A stretch of DNA of 64,000 nt from Candidatus Kaiserbacteria bacterium (GCA_016217925.1 JACRFK010000005.1:44170-108169), one strand, 5' to 3'; counted from the stretch's first letter, positions 47,684 through 57,343 are shown. The notes: generated by a model from the sequence alone, not told the origin. Made by a program: numbers and translations.

Positions 47684-48181
47684 ATGCGCGATCTGGAAGA
47701 TCCGTTCGCGCAAGATAGGGAAATTGGCGAGCGGTGGGCAGCGATTGTATCCGAGCACAGAGAACGAAACATCGAGACGAAGAAAGGTCTCGAGCTGAAA
47801 GTCAAAGCAGTGCCAGTAGAAAAACGGCGCGCTGAATACAATGCATATCTTCCAGATGGCAGACACATCGTCTGGATGTATACAGGCGCGATACGAAAAG
47901 GCTATTCGCGTGTTACCAACGCAAATGTCGATCCTCACACCCTGAAAGAGATATCCGAATTCAGGCAGATTGGGATTGGCACCGCACTCTACGACCTCAT
48001 TGAATCCGATATCAAAGCAGCGGGCGGAAGAGGTTTGGAACCGGATTGGGGAGCGATGAACGAAGACGCTATCGAATTCTGGAAAAAACGCCGGCCGGAA
48101 CTTTCAGATAAGCTCACAGCCTATGGTCCGCACGGTAGTGCGCGCATGCCGTACGAGAAGTGGACTCAAAGTGGAGATTGA
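47684..48181 (+). CDS. hypothetical protein, possible GNAT-fold
   Basis: QIGIGTALYDLIE...NEDAIEFWKK resembles the GNAT motif A region; weak. Confidence 0.4.
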   Translation: MRDLEDPFAQDREIGERWAAIVSEHRERNIETKKGLELKVKAVPVEKRRAEYNAYLPDGRHIVWMYTGAIRKGYSRVTNANVDPHTLKEISEFRQIGIGTALYDLIESDIKAAGGRGLEPDWGAMNEDAIEFWKKRRPELSDKLTAYGPHGSARMPYEKWTQSGD

Positions 48182-48210
48182 CATTTTGGCGCGGGAGAGT
48201 ATAATGGGCC

Positions 48211-49257
48211 ATGGCAGCTAAGATTCTCAAGGAGGGTTTTACATTCGACGACGTCCTCATCCGGCCGGGGGCCTCCAAGATGGAGCCGGCAGAAGCGTCT
48301 CTCAAAACAAAAATAGCAGGCATCGAGCTCTCGGTGCCGTTTCTCTCCGCCGCGATGGATCGCGTGACGGAAGAGGAGATGGCGATAGCACTCGGCAAAC
48401 TCGGGGGCCTTGGCGTCATCCACCGCAACTGCTCTATAGAGGTGCAGGTGAAAATAGTCAAACACGTGAAAGATGCGGGAGTGAAAGTTGCCGCCGCATG
48501 CGGGCCGTTTGCCGCAGACAGGGCGAAAGCACTTGATGAGGCGGGATGTGATGCCATCGTTATAGATTGCGCGCACGGACACAATTTGAATGTGGTAGAG
48601 AGTGCGCGGAAGATAAAGAAAAGTCTTAAACACGCAAAAATGATTTTCGGCAACATCGCGACAGGCGAAGCGGCAAAAGCCGTGTGCCAGTTCGCCGACG
48701 CCGTCAAAGTCGGCGTCGGCCCCGGAAGCATCTGCACGACGCGCCTTATCTCGGGTGTGGGCGTGCCCCAGCTCTCGGCCGTGCTCGACGTCGTCTCCGT
48801 CGCCCGCAAATACAAAGTTCCCGTCATCGCCGACGGCGGTATCCGCACCTCGGGTGATATCGCCAAGGCGCTCGCCGCAGGTGCATCGGCAGTCATGCTC
48901 GGTAATCTCTTTGCAGGCACCGACGAATCGCCGGGCAGCATCGTCGAGAAAGACGGCAGAAAATTCAAAGAATACCGCGGCATGGGCTCGCAGGCGGTCA
49001 TCAAAAGCGCATCCGGCTCTGAGCGCTATTTCACCCACGGACGCAAAGCGGTGCCCGAGGGCGTCGAAGCACTCGTGCCTTACAAAGGACCGGTGGGGGA
49101 GATAGTCGCGACGCTTGCATCCGGTGTGCAGGTAGGCATGGGCTATGTCGGCGCAAAGACCATTCCCGAATTCGAAAAGAAAGCGCAGTTCATCCGCATC
49201 ACACATGCTGCAATTGCCGAAGGCAGGCCGCACTCGCTTTCAGGCATCACCGGCTAA
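48211..49257 (+). CDS. guaB: IMP dehydrogenase / GMP reductase family protein lacking the CBS subdomain
   Basis: TIM-barrel IMPDH motifs; catalytic loop GVGPGSICTTR; 348 aa, too short to contain the CBS pair. Confidence 0.8.
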   Translation: MAAKILKEGFTFDDVLIRPGASKMEPAEASLKTKIAGIELSVPFLSAAMDRVTEEEMAIALGKLGGLGVIHRNCSIEVQVKIVKHVKDAGVKVAAACGPFAADRAKALDEAGCDAIVIDCAHGHNLNVVESARKIKKSLKHAKMIFGNIATGEAAKAVCQFADAVKVGVGPGSICTTRLISGVGVPQLSAVLDVVSVARKYKVPVIADGGIRTSGDIAKALAAGASAVMLGNLFAGTDESPGSIVEKDGRKFKEYRGMGSQAVIKSASGSERYFTHGRKAVPEGVEALVPYKGPVGEIVATLASGVQVGMGYVGAKTIPEFEKKAQFIRITHAAIAEGRPHSLSGITG

Positions 49258-49264
49258 GGAACGT

Positions 49265-49681
49265 ATGCAATCGAGTAACGCTCGCATTACATTACTTTTC
49301 GCACTCTCCGTCGCAGGGCTTCTTTTTTCGGGTTACTTAAGTGCAGTCAAGTTTTTCTCGGAAGTTTGTGCGCTCAACGAGCAGTGCCCGTATTTTCTCG
49401 GCTACCCGGCGTGCTATTTCGGATTCGCGATGTACCTCACCATGACGATACTCACTGCCCAATTTTTCTTGGGAGGTCTGACGCGTTCGGTGGCGCTCAA
49501 CGCGCTGAAGGTTGTCTCAGGAGCCGGCATCATCTTTGCCGGATACTTTACACTCCAGGAATTGCCGCGGCTCTTTGCAGGGGGTCTCTCCGCGTACGTT
49601 CTGGGGCTCCCGACGTGTGCCTACGGGCTCCTGGTCTACATCGCTATTTTTTGCATCGCTTTTGCGGCCCATCGCGAATAA
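49265..49681 (+). CDS. VKOR-family (vitamin K epoxide reductase-like) membrane protein
   Basis: 4 TM helices; Cys pair CALNEQC in the loop; C-terminal CAYG; 138 aa. Confidence 0.6.
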   Translation: MQSSNARITLLFALSVAGLLFSGYLSAVKFFSEVCALNEQCPYFLGYPACYFGFAMYLTMTILTAQFFLGGLTRSVALNALKVVSGAGIIFAGYFTLQELPRLFAGGLSAYVLGLPTCAYGLLVYIAIFCIAFAAHRE

Positions 49682-49784
49682 CGGGTGCGGCGGCTATACA
49701 CAGCCCCACCGTTTTTCTCCGCGAGGACGCGTACAATAATGGGGATAAGGCAGTACCCATTTATTACTTAGACCTATTTATACT

Positions 49785-50279
49785 ATGGAGAATTTCTTGG
49801 CAGCGGCAGCAGCGGGTATCGCAGCGGTCTTCGGCGGTTTCGGCGGCGGTGATAACAAGATGCCGCCACCCCAGCGCAACGCAGTACAGAATGAAATAAA
49901 ATTGCAGGCCTCGACGACCGCACGCGGCTCTTTTGACATCGCATGTATTGCCGCAGCGGTTGCCGCGCGCGAGGCAGCACTCGCTAGTGCGGCATCAGCC
50001 AATGCGCAAGCGCTTACTTCCGCATATTCGGCTCGTGCGTCCGCACTTGCGACTGCATACACGCAGACGGAGAAAGAGGCTATCAAAAAGTCAGTGAAAT
50101 CATCATGGGCGAATTTCGGTGCGGCGCTTCGGCTCGCGCAGCGTGGCTGGAAGAATGCGCAGAAGACCGCGTGGACGCAATTCAAGACCGCCATCAAAGC
50201 ATGCGGCCCCGCCGCCTCATCTGTTGCCGACACGTCCAATGCAGGGGCGGATGAGAAAGCCGGCGCCGGGTCGGATTGA
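49785..50279 (+). CDS. Ala-rich hypothetical protein
   Basis: 164 aa; low-complexity Ala-rich helical protein; followed by a strong terminator. Confidence 0.4.
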   Translation: MENFLAAAAAGIAAVFGGFGGGDNKMPPPQRNAVQNEIKLQASTTARGSFDIACIAAAVAAREAALASAASANAQALTSAYSARASALATAYTQTEKEAIKKSVKSSWANFGAALRLAQRGWKNAQKTAWTQFKTAIKACGPAASSVADTSNAGADEKAGAGSD

Positions 50280-50305
50280 GGTTAAGCGATAAAACGAGTA
50301 TTATG

Positions 50306-50335
50306 AGTGCGCGCCCGAAAGGCGCGCACTTTTTG
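50306..50335 (+). terminator. rho-independent terminator
   Basis: agtgcgcgcc-cgaaa-ggcgcgcact followed by ttttt. Confidence 0.7.
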
Positions 50336-50356
50336 CAGGTTGCGGAGTGCAAACAT

Positions 50357-50427
50357 TGCCAGATCGTCTAATGGTAGGACCTCTGCCTCTGGAGCAGAGT
50401 ATCTTGGTTCGAATCCAAGTCTGGCAG
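50357..50427 (+). tRNA. tRNA-Gln (anticodon CUG)
   Basis: U1:A72 acceptor TGCCAGA/TCTGGCA as in bacterial tRNA-Gln; anticodon loop CTCTGGA; T-arm GGTTCGAATCC; 71 nt. Confidence 0.85.
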
Positions 50428-50517
50428 TTTGTAAGTGTAAAATAGATTTATGACAGTTGATAAAACGCGACTTGGGAAACAACCATTTCCGCCAGACAAG
50501 GTGGCCGAAATGTAATT

Positions 50518-51006
50518 ATGCAAGCGGCCCAATTGGACGGATTGTTAGACAAAGATAAGTGTCAGGTCTTTCTTTTTACATGCCCCGCGACGTTGCCTTT
50601 TAGCTTCAGCCCGCACCCCTGGTTCATAGTGAATCAAAAAGGAACCATCTCACGGTGGGAGATTTTCTGGTGGCCGGAAAAACAATGGAACCTGAGATGG
50701 GGACATTTGCACAAAGATTTTTATCAGCCTCTGGAAGGGATCCCACTTTTGTTCTTCTTACCCAGACTTCTTTGGCCGCAGCACCGTCTTTTGGGTTATA
50801 TCGAGGGCGGTGATGATTCGATTGCTGCGCGCATGGCGGACACCATTATGAATTCTTTCCGCACCTACCCATATTGTCACCAATATCTCCTACGCGGCCC
50901 CAACAGCAACAGTTATGTGCAGTGGGTTCTCGATAAATTTCCCGACTCGGGATTGCGCCTGCCCTGGAACGCTTTCGGTAAAGCGGCAGCTCGCAAGACG
51001 GTCTAA
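50518..51006 (+). CDS. hypothetical protein (DUF3750-like)
   Basis: 162 aa; Trp/Pro-rich conserved-hypothetical pattern; no function assigned. Confidence 0.45.
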   Translation: MQAAQLDGLLDKDKCQVFLFTCPATLPFSFSPHPWFIVNQKGTISRWEIFWWPEKQWNLRWGHLHKDFYQPLEGIPLLFFLPRLLWPQHRLLGYIEGGDDSIAARMADTIMNSFRTYPYCHQYLLRGPNSNSYVQWVLDKFPDSGLRLPWNAFGKAAARKTV

Positions 51007-51080
51007 ACAGTTTCCTCAAGAGTTTGAAGTGTGATTCCAACGTCGTCCCAGACCCCAGTCTGTAAGCTACACTAAGCAGT

Positions 51081-51662
51081 ATGGATACCGTGTTAAATTT
51101 GCTTCTCAATGTTACCCCGATTGAACTGGTTGCCGGTCTCGGGTATCTCTTCGGCCATATATTGCTATCAAAAGGCTTAACAAGCGGATGGATAATAAGA
51201 ATAGCCGGAGGCATAGCCTGGGTAATCTTTCTCATTTTGAATAAAAACTACATCTTCATGGCGGTAACGACAGTCATAGTGTTGGCGATGTTTTACGGAT
51301 TGTACAAGTGGCGAAGTGGAGAGTTCGATAAGCGATCTACTCTCGACATTTTCTTCGAAGTTCTCGCCTGGATAGTAGCGGCAGTGGTGATAAGTTATTT
51401 TTTAATTTCACAAAATTATTCGCTGAACGAATTATTGCAAACAGCCATTGTCATTCTTGAGATATCGGGAACAATGCTCCTTGCACGAAAGCTCGTACTT
51501 GGTTGGTATGCATATATAGTTATGAGTACGCTTGTTGCCGTATTGATTATATTCATCAATCCGCAGCCCGCGCCAGTTCTCGGTCTATTAGAACTAGCAT
51601 CAATATATTTTTACATCCAAGGAATTACTAACAATCGTCTGCGTTCAGAGCTGGCGGTCTAA
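51081..51662 (+). CDS. multi-TM membrane protein, possibly PnuC-like nicotinamide riboside transporter
   Basis: 6-7 TM helices; length and W/Y-rich loops loosely resemble PnuC; weak. Confidence 0.4.
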   Translation: MDTVLNLLLNVTPIELVAGLGYLFGHILLSKGLTSGWIIRIAGGIAWVIFLILNKNYIFMAVTTVIVLAMFYGLYKWRSGEFDKRSTLDIFFEVLAWIVAAVVISYFLISQNYSLNELLQTAIVILEISGTMLLARKLVLGWYAYIVMSTLVAVLIIFINPQPAPVLGLLELASIYFYIQGITNNRLRSELAV

Positions 51663-51719
51663 CTCACCACACGCTCAATAAAAGTTCTAACGTTGTACCA
51701 AACCCTCACTTAACAAAGT

Positions 51720-52172
51720 ATGACGGCAAACATCACATTACGAAAAGCAACCACGGCTGATATAGAAGCGTACATTGCTATAGACAGAAAAGTTGGTAGC
51801 AGAAGGTATATGCCAATGCTTGAAGAAAAGGAGGTCTTGGAGTACATGGCGAAAGGCCCGGTGTATATGATTACGAGGGGTGAGGAGGTAGTCGGGACTG
51901 TCTCTTACGAAATTAAAGAAGACGAGAGCGTATATATTAGCGGTCTTGCAGTTGACCCGAAGTATCAGGGGCAGGGAATCGGTCGGGAGACACTTCGGCG
52001 AATCCTTGAAGAAGTCAAAGATGCCCGAAAGGTTGAACTCCTTACGCACCCCGATAACGCAAACGCGATTAACCTCTATGAATCTTTCGGCTTTAAGGTT
52101 ACAGGACGAAAAGAGAACCACTTTGGAGACAGGGAGCCCAGGATAGTCTTAACACTGGTAAGGGGCCAATGA
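51720..52172 (+). CDS. GNAT-family N-acetyltransferase
   Basis: VDPKYQGQGIGRETLRRILEE acetyl-CoA-binding motif A. Confidence 0.75.
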   Translation: MTANITLRKATTADIEAYIAIDRKVGSRRYMPMLEEKEVLEYMAKGPVYMITRGEEVVGTVSYEIKEDESVYISGLAVDPKYQGQGIGRETLRRILEEVKDARKVELLTHPDNANAINLYESFGFKVTGRKENHFGDREPRIVLTLVRGQ

Positions 52173-52248
52173 GGTTCCGACATCGTATCAGACTCGCGGT
52201 CAGCATAAAACTCGCGTCGGAATCCCGAACGTCGGCCGACACTTGTCC

Positions 52249-52278
52249 TATGCTAGTGTTTTGCAAAACACTAGCATA
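52249..52278. promoter_or_regulatory. perfect 30-bp palindrome upstream of the arsR-family gene (candidate operator)
   Basis: tatgctagtgttttgcaaaacactagcata. Confidence 0.6.
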
Positions 52279-52293
52279 AGGTAGAATACGGGG

Positions 52294-52572
52294 ATGGCGA
52301 GCGGGAAAAACTATAGGCAAATCGAACGCATCGTGAAAGGATTCGCGAGCCACCGGCGGCTTCAGATTTTGGATCTTCTGAAGCGCGAACCGGAGTTGTC
52401 TGTGGAAGATATTTCCGAACGCCTCGTTTTGGGCTATGAGAATACGTCCGACCATGTGCGCAAGCTTGCGATAGCCGGCTTGGTGATGAAACGCAACGAG
52501 GGGAGCGCCGTGCGGCACAAGCTCACCCCGCGAGCCGAAGCTATACTAGTGTTTTGCAAAAGACTAGTATAA
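52294..52572 (+). CDS. ArsR/SmtB-family HTH transcriptional regulator
   Basis: HRRLQILDLLKREPELSVEDISERLVLGYENTSDHVRKLAIAGLV winged-helix pattern; 92 aa. Confidence 0.75.
   Translation: MASGKNYRQIERIVKGFASHRRLQILDLLKREPELSVEDISERLVLGYENTSDHVRKLAIAGLVMKRNEGSAVRHKLTPRAEAILVFCKRLV
52542..52571. promoter_or_regulatory. second 30-bp palindrome (one mismatch) overlapping the arsR stop, upstream of the csaA-like gene
   Basis: tatactagtgttttgcaaaagactagtata shares the core TAGTGTTTTGCAAAAsACTAG with 52249..52278. Confidence 0.6.
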
Positions 52573-52601
52573 GGGGAAGGCAAACACGGTCAACAAGTCG
52601 T

Positions 52602-52946
52602 ATGGAACAAATAGCATGGAATGATTTTGATAAGGTGGATATCCGGGTGGGGAAGATTATTGAAATTCTGGATTTTCCCGAAGCCCGGAAGCCTGCCTAT
52701 AAATTACAGATAGATTTTGGGCCTGAAGTCGGTATCAAGTGCTCAAGCGTCCAGGTCGTCGGGGCACATACCAAAGAAGAACTGTTGAATTCACTGGTCT
52801 GCTGCGTCGTGAACTTTCCTCCCAAACAGGTCGGCCCTTTTACTTCGGAAGTACTGACGCTCGGCTTCAAAAATACCGCAGGAGATGGGTGGGTACTCAT
52901 CGAGCCGAAGAGTGATTCCGTGGATATCGGAAGCAAGCTCGCGTAA
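52602..52946 (+). CDS. tRNA-binding domain protein (CsaA/Trbp111-like OB fold)
   Basis: DIRVGKIIEI...KLQIDFG...VVG pattern of the Myf/EMAP tRNA-binding domain; 114 aa. Confidence 0.65.
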   Translation: MEQIAWNDFDKVDIRVGKIIEILDFPEARKPAYKLQIDFGPEVGIKCSSVQVVGAHTKEELLNSLVCCVVNFPPKQVGPFTSEVLTLGFKNTAGDGWVLIEPKSDSVDIGSKLA

Positions 52947-53015
52947 AATGAGTCTGTAAAGTGCCTTTGACATGTTCGCGCGGCGGCTATATGCTGAAGC
53001 GGTAGCAAAAAAGCG

Positions 53016-53228
53016 ATGGCAGAATATATTACAAACGCCGTGTACACCTTACGCACCAAAAAAGGCTTAACCCAGGAAGCGTTGGCGGAGAAGGCCGGTA
53101 TCACGCGCCAAACCGTCATTTCTATTGAGAAGGGGAACTACACCCCCTCAGTTCTCCTCGCACTCAAGATAGCGTCCGTCTTCAAAGTTCCGGTCGAAGA
53201 CGTTTTTCATATTTCGTATGGTAAATAA
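53016..53228 (+). CDS. XRE-family HTH transcriptional regulator
   Basis: LTQEALAEKAGITRQTVISIEKG. Confidence 0.75.
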   Translation: MAEYITNAVYTLRTKKGLTQEALAEKAGITRQTVISIEKGNYTPSVLLALKIASVFKVPVEDVFHISYGK

Positions 53229-53580
53229 ATTCTCCCACATCGGCACGGCGATAGTCTTGGTGGGGCTCCTCACGCTCCTTTCCGATCCGTTTATGTTGTG
53301 GATGCCGAGCGTTGCCCAAATGACGGTCCTGCTCGGTGCGGCGGTGCTTGCGTGCGTCTGGGCGGGTTTTGTCATGTATGAGAGGTCGGGCGATGAGCGC
53401 GAAGCATTTCATAAAATGCATGCGGGGCGCGTCGCATATCTCTCCGGCATTGCCGTGCTGACCGTCGCACTGGTCGTTCAGGGCTTTGCCCACGCTATTG
53501 ACCCGTGGATATCTGCGGCTCTCGGGGTAATGGTTGTCTCCAAACTCGTCGCCCGCTTCTACTCCGAGCGGTACCGGTAG
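53218..53580 (+). CDS. membrane protein partner of the XRE regulator (3 TM)
   Basis: Overlaps the XRE gene; three hydrophobic helices. Confidence 0.5.
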   Translation: MVNKFSHIGTAIVLVGLLTLLSDPFMLWMPSVAQMTVLLGAAVLACVWAGFVMYERSGDEREAFHKMHAGRVAYLSGIAVLTVALVVQGFAHAIDPWISAALGVMVVSKLVARFYSERYR

Positions 53581-53653
53581 GGTGTGTAAAGCCGACTTTA
53601 CATTTCATTTCATGCCCTCTATACTGGTGGCATTGGTATTAGTAGATAAAAAA

Positions 53654-54148
53654 ATGCGTATGGATACGACAAAAGTACTTATTATCGGTGCAGTAATCAT
53701 TCTCCTCGGCGGTATCGGCTGGTTCGCCGTTTCAGAGAGCAAGGGAGACGGCGCCATGATGGAAAAACCCACCGTCGCTCAAGCGATGGAGGGCAAGAAC
53801 GAAGAGGTAGTGGCGGACAAGGGAGACACGATGATGCGTAAGGGCTCGTACGAAATCTATAGCCCCGAAAAGCTTGCGCTCGCGGCAAGCGGAGACGTGC
53901 TCTTATTCTTCCACGCGGCATGGTGCCCTATTTGTCGGGGCATTGAATCAGAAATCAACGCGGATATGTCCAAGATACCCGACGGCGTTCATATCCTTAA
54001 GGTAGATTACGATACGGCGATAGCACTTCGCCAAAAGTATGGTGTTACGGTACAGCACACGTTTGTGCAGGTAGATGCCTCCGGCAACGCTCTTCAGAAA
54101 TTCAACAACGCTTCAAGTCTTTCCGGCGTGCTTGCGCGGATACAATAA
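53654..54148 (+). CDS. membrane-anchored thioredoxin-fold protein (CxxC)
   Basis: N-terminal TM; WCPIC active-site motif. Confidence 0.65.
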   Translation: MRMDTTKVLIIGAVIILLGGIGWFAVSESKGDGAMMEKPTVAQAMEGKNEEVVADKGDTMMRKGSYEIYSPEKLALAASGDVLLFFHAAWCPICRGIESEINADMSKIPDGVHILKVDYDTAIALRQKYGVTVQHTFVQVDASGNALQKFNNASSLSGVLARIQ

Positions 54149-54149
54149 C

Positions 54150-54875
54150 ATGGCACTTCTCGTTGTTTCGTTCGTAGCGGGAGTACTCACAGTGCTTGCG
54201 CCGTGCATTCTCCCGCTCCTGCCCGTAGTCGTCGGCTCCTCCGCCTCGGGGAGGAGCCGCGCGACCCCGTACATCGTTGTCGGCTCACTCGCGGTTTCAA
54301 TTATCCTCTTCACGTACCTCCTGAAAGCGTCGACGGCGTTTATCATGGTGCCGCCGTATGTATGGACCTATCTCTCGGGAGGTATTATCGGGATTTTCGG
54401 TCTTACCCTTTTGTTCCCGGCTCTATGGGAAAAGGTTCCCGGCCTTGCTAAACTTTCCGCTAATTCGAATACGCTCATGGGCGCCGGTTTCCGGAAAAAA
54501 GGTTTCTGGGGTGATGCGCTCGTAGGAGCAGCGCTCGGGCCTGTTTTCTCGACATGCTCGCCGACGTATTTCGTCATTCTTGCATCGGTTCTTCCCGTGA
54601 GTTTTGCGTTGGGAACGCTCTACCTGCTCTCCTATACGCTGGGGCTTTCGCTCGCGCTCCTTCTCATCGGCCTCATCGGCGAGCGGCTCGTGAGCAGAAT
54701 CTCACCGCTCTCGGATTCTCGCGGGTATTTCAAACGGGCGATAGGGCTCCTTTTTCTGGTCCTCGGTTTCTCGATAGCTCTTGGCTACGAGAAAAAACTG
54801 GAGATTGCGATCCTGGATAGCGGATACTTCGATATCACGAAGCTTGAACAGGTGCTTCTCCAAAAAGTAAACTAG
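54150..54875 (+). CDS. ccdA: cytochrome c-type biogenesis / thiol:disulfide transporter CcdA (DsbD beta-domain family)
   Basis: LAPCILPLLP motif with the first conserved Cys; 6 TM; second Cys in CSPTY. Confidence 0.75.
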   Translation: MALLVVSFVAGVLTVLAPCILPLLPVVVGSSASGRSRATPYIVVGSLAVSIILFTYLLKASTAFIMVPPYVWTYLSGGIIGIFGLTLLFPALWEKVPGLAKLSANSNTLMGAGFRKKGFWGDALVGAALGPVFSTCSPTYFVILASVLPVSFALGTLYLLSYTLGLSLALLLIGLIGERLVSRISPLSDSRGYFKRAIGLLFLVLGFSIALGYEKKLEIAILDSGYFDITKLEQVLLQKVN

Positions 54876-54876
54876 T

Positions 54877-55938
54877 ATGAAAGCCGTATACATCATAGGT
54901 ATAACACTCGTTGGGCTCGTCAGCATCGGACTCGCTTTTCTTTTTGCGCCCGCTGGCGCGAATCAAGACCCTGCACAGAAAGTCACCGCACAAGATGGCA
55001 CTGCGCAAGAAGTCGCCGCACAAAAAGGCACACCGTACGCGGAGATTGCAAATCCGTCCGGTTTTGTAAATACCGACGGCGTAACTATCGGGCAGCTGGT
55101 CGGTAAAAAGGTCATCTTGGTCGACTTCATGACATACAGCTGCATCAACTGCCAGCGTACGTTCCCGTATCTCGTCGCATGGTACGAGAAATACAAAGAC
55201 CAAGGACTTGAAATCGTCGGGATACATACGCCGGAATTCGCGTTTGAAAAGGATATCGGCAATGTGCGGGCGGCGATGAAGCGTTTCGGCATAACCTATC
55301 CGGTAGTGTTGGACAACGACTACGCCACCTGGCGCGCGTACGGCAATCAGTATTGGCCGCGCAAGTATCTCATCGATATACACGGCAACATAGTCTACGA
55401 CCACGCCGGCGAGGGCGCATACGAAGAGACCGAGATGAAGATACGGGGGCTTCTTCTAGAACGTTCGCGCCTACTCGGCGGGGGAAGCTTGAATGCGGGC
55501 AATCTGGCGGCTTCTCAGATGCCGGGTATTCAAAACGCCGCGCGAAGCCCCGAGACGTACTTCGGTTCACTGCGCAATGAGTACCTCGCAAACGGCACTC
55601 CCGGCCGGTCCGGCGAACAAAGATTTTCTGTTCCGCAATCTTCCGCGCGCAACGCGCTCTACTTGGGCGGCACATGGAACATCATGCCGGAGTATGCGGA
55701 ATCAATCTCAAGCGCTTCAGTCTTTTACAAATACCACGCAAAGGCCGTGTACATTGTTGCGGAGGCGGATACGGCGGCGGAGCTTGAGGTCTGGCAGGAC
55801 GGCGTATTGCAGAGGACCCTGCGCATACAAGAGAGTACGCTGTATACGCTAATTCAAGACGAAACAGGAGGCGAACACGAGTTGGAGTTGCGGGTGAAAG
55901 ATAGTCGCATCCGTTTGTATGCGTTTACCTTCGGATGA
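54877..55938 (+). CDS. thiol-disulfide oxidoreductase (TlpA/ResA-like thioredoxin domain plus C-terminal DipZ-like domain)
   Basis: N-terminal TM; CINC active site in a redoxin fold (VILVDFMTYSCINCQRTFPYL); ~130-aa C-terminal extension. Confidence 0.7.
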   Translation: MKAVYIIGITLVGLVSIGLAFLFAPAGANQDPAQKVTAQDGTAQEVAAQKGTPYAEIANPSGFVNTDGVTIGQLVGKKVILVDFMTYSCINCQRTFPYLVAWYEKYKDQGLEIVGIHTPEFAFEKDIGNVRAAMKRFGITYPVVLDNDYATWRAYGNQYWPRKYLIDIHGNIVYDHAGEGAYEETEMKIRGLLLERSRLLGGGSLNAGNLAASQMPGIQNAARSPETYFGSLRNEYLANGTPGRSGEQRFSVPQSSARNALYLGGTWNIMPEYAESISSASVFYKYHAKAVYIVAEADTAAELEVWQDGVLQRTLRIQESTLYTLIQDETGGEHELELRVKDSRIRLYAFTFG

Positions 55939-55997
55939 AAAGTCCGTGCGTAGCGGGACACTGGAAGTGTTTATCTCACGGGGTATACTCTCTCAAT

Positions 55998-57044
55998 ATG
56001 ATGCAAACAGAGAGGCTCCGGCCATACTTTTTGATGATAGTGCTCGCGGCGGCTCTCGTGCTGACCGCTTTTATATTCGCACCCTTTTTCCAGCCGCTTG
56101 CGCTTGCTGCGGTGTTTGCGGTGGTGCTGCAAGGACTCTGTAGAAGGATTTCAGGTCTTCTCGGCGGGTGGCCGAGCGTCGCCGCCTTGCTCACGGTCAT
56201 CGTGAGCGTCGTTCTCATACTGCTCCCGCTCTCGCTCGTCGGCGTGCTCGTGGGCAACGAAGCGCGCGAGATGTACTTCTCGCTCGAAGAGGGAAGCGGC
56301 CGCAGCACCATATCAGAACTCTTCTTGCGCGTAGATGAATCCTTCGGCGGCGCAATCCCCGGCCTCAGTGAATTTGCCCGCGACATCTCGGCCAACGTGG
56401 ATACGTATACAAAAGAAGCTTTGCAGTGGATTACCTCTCATGCGGGAGATATTTTCTCAAGCATCTCTTCGCTCCTCCTCTCGTTCTTCATTTTTTTCAT
56501 CGCGCTCTACTACCTGCTGCGCGACGGCAAGCGCGTGCGGCAAATGCTCATCGAGCTCTCACCACTCAGCAATAGGGAAGATATGGGTGTCTTCGACCGA
56601 CTTGAGCTCGCGGTGAATTCCGTCATCAAAGGCAATCTCACGATAGCGCTCATACAGGGGATTCTCACGATGATAGGCTTCACGCTCTTCGGCGTGCCGA
56701 GCGCCGTCTTGTGGGGAACGGTGGCCGCCGTCGCGGCGCTCATCCCGGGCATCGGGACCGCGCTCGTCTTTATCCCCGCAGTTGCGTTCCTCTTTTTCAC
56801 CGGGGAAACACCGCCGGCGCTCGGACTTCTCGTGTGGGGCGCTTTTGCCGTGGGACTCGTCGACAACATTTTGAGTCCCAAGCTCATCGGCAGCGGGATG
56901 CGTCTCCACCCGATGCTTGTCCTCCTTGCGGTACTCGGCGGCATAATGTTCTTCGGCCCGATAGGCATCTTTCTCGGTCCCTTGGCGCTTAGCCTTCTCT
57001 TCGCACTTCTTTCGATATACGCCGATGTTTCGCGCCGGGCCTAG
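55998..57044 (+). CDS. AI-2E family transporter (PerM/UPF0118)
   Basis: 8 TM; YYLLRDG motif; 348 aa. Confidence 0.75.
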   Translation: MMQTERLRPYFLMIVLAAALVLTAFIFAPFFQPLALAAVFAVVLQGLCRRISGLLGGWPSVAALLTVIVSVVLILLPLSLVGVLVGNEAREMYFSLEEGSGRSTISELFLRVDESFGGAIPGLSEFARDISANVDTYTKEALQWITSHAGDIFSSISSLLLSFFIFFIALYYLLRDGKRVRQMLIELSPLSNREDMGVFDRLELAVNSVIKGNLTIALIQGILTMIGFTLFGVPSAVLWGTVAAVAALIPGIGTALVFIPAVAFLFFTGETPPALGLLVWGAFAVGLVDNILSPKLIGSGMRLHPMLVLLAVLGGIMFFGPIGIFLGPLALSLLFALLSIYADVSRRA

Positions 57045-57163
57045 AGCGCGTTTTAAACCCCATCTACTTCGTTGCGGGGTCCCAGCGTCGCCGTCGCCGT
57101 ACTTCTAGTACGTCTCCGTCGCCGCTATCCCTGCGCCTCGTATATGGGGTTTAAAACGCGCTC
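57042..57163. mobile_element. repeat family B copy 3: MITE-like element starting at the TAG stop codon
   Basis: TAGAGCGCGTTTTAAACCCC...GGGGTTTAAAACGCGCTC perfect 18-nt terminal inverted repeats; interior ~90% identical to 7456..7579. Confidence 0.65.
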
Positions 57164-57193
57164 CAAAACGTCAGCACCGGAGTTTTCCACACC

Positions 57194-57221
57194 TTGACAT
57201 ACCCCCTGGGGGGTATATACT
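57194..57221 (+). promoter_or_regulatory. sigma70-like promoter (TTGACA...TATACT) with embedded CsoR-type operator ATACCCCCTGGGGGGTAT
   Basis: -35 TTGACA at 57194, -10 TATACT at 57216; GC-rich inverted repeat (57199..57216) between them resembles the B. subtilis CsoR box (ATACCC-N-GGGTAT). Confidence 0.55.
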
Positions 57222-57235
57222 CTTGCGGATATGGG

Positions 57236-57343
57236 CCCCGTTAGAGACCGCGGTCGCTCAAAATAATAATAGGACGCCTTTTACGCTAAAACATTTTATG
57301 TCTTTACGGAAAAACATACGACCGCGACCTGTCTCTAACGGGG
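57236..57343. repeat. repeat family C copy 4 (CCCCGTTAGAGAC...GTCTCTAACGGGG, arms extended to ~22 nt), spanning the csoR 5' UTR and start codon
   Basis: The 3' arm is translated in-frame as VSNGV within the CsoR N-terminus; the ATG at 57298 lies in the loop. Confidence 0.6.

Noticed and set aside
48114-49233. Long antisense ORFs inside guaB, and similar ones inside copA, recG, ligA, the sensor kinases and pyrG
   Set aside because: High-GC sequence gives long spurious reverse-frame ORFs. The sense-strand genes carry clear catalytic motifs, so the antisense frames were discarded.
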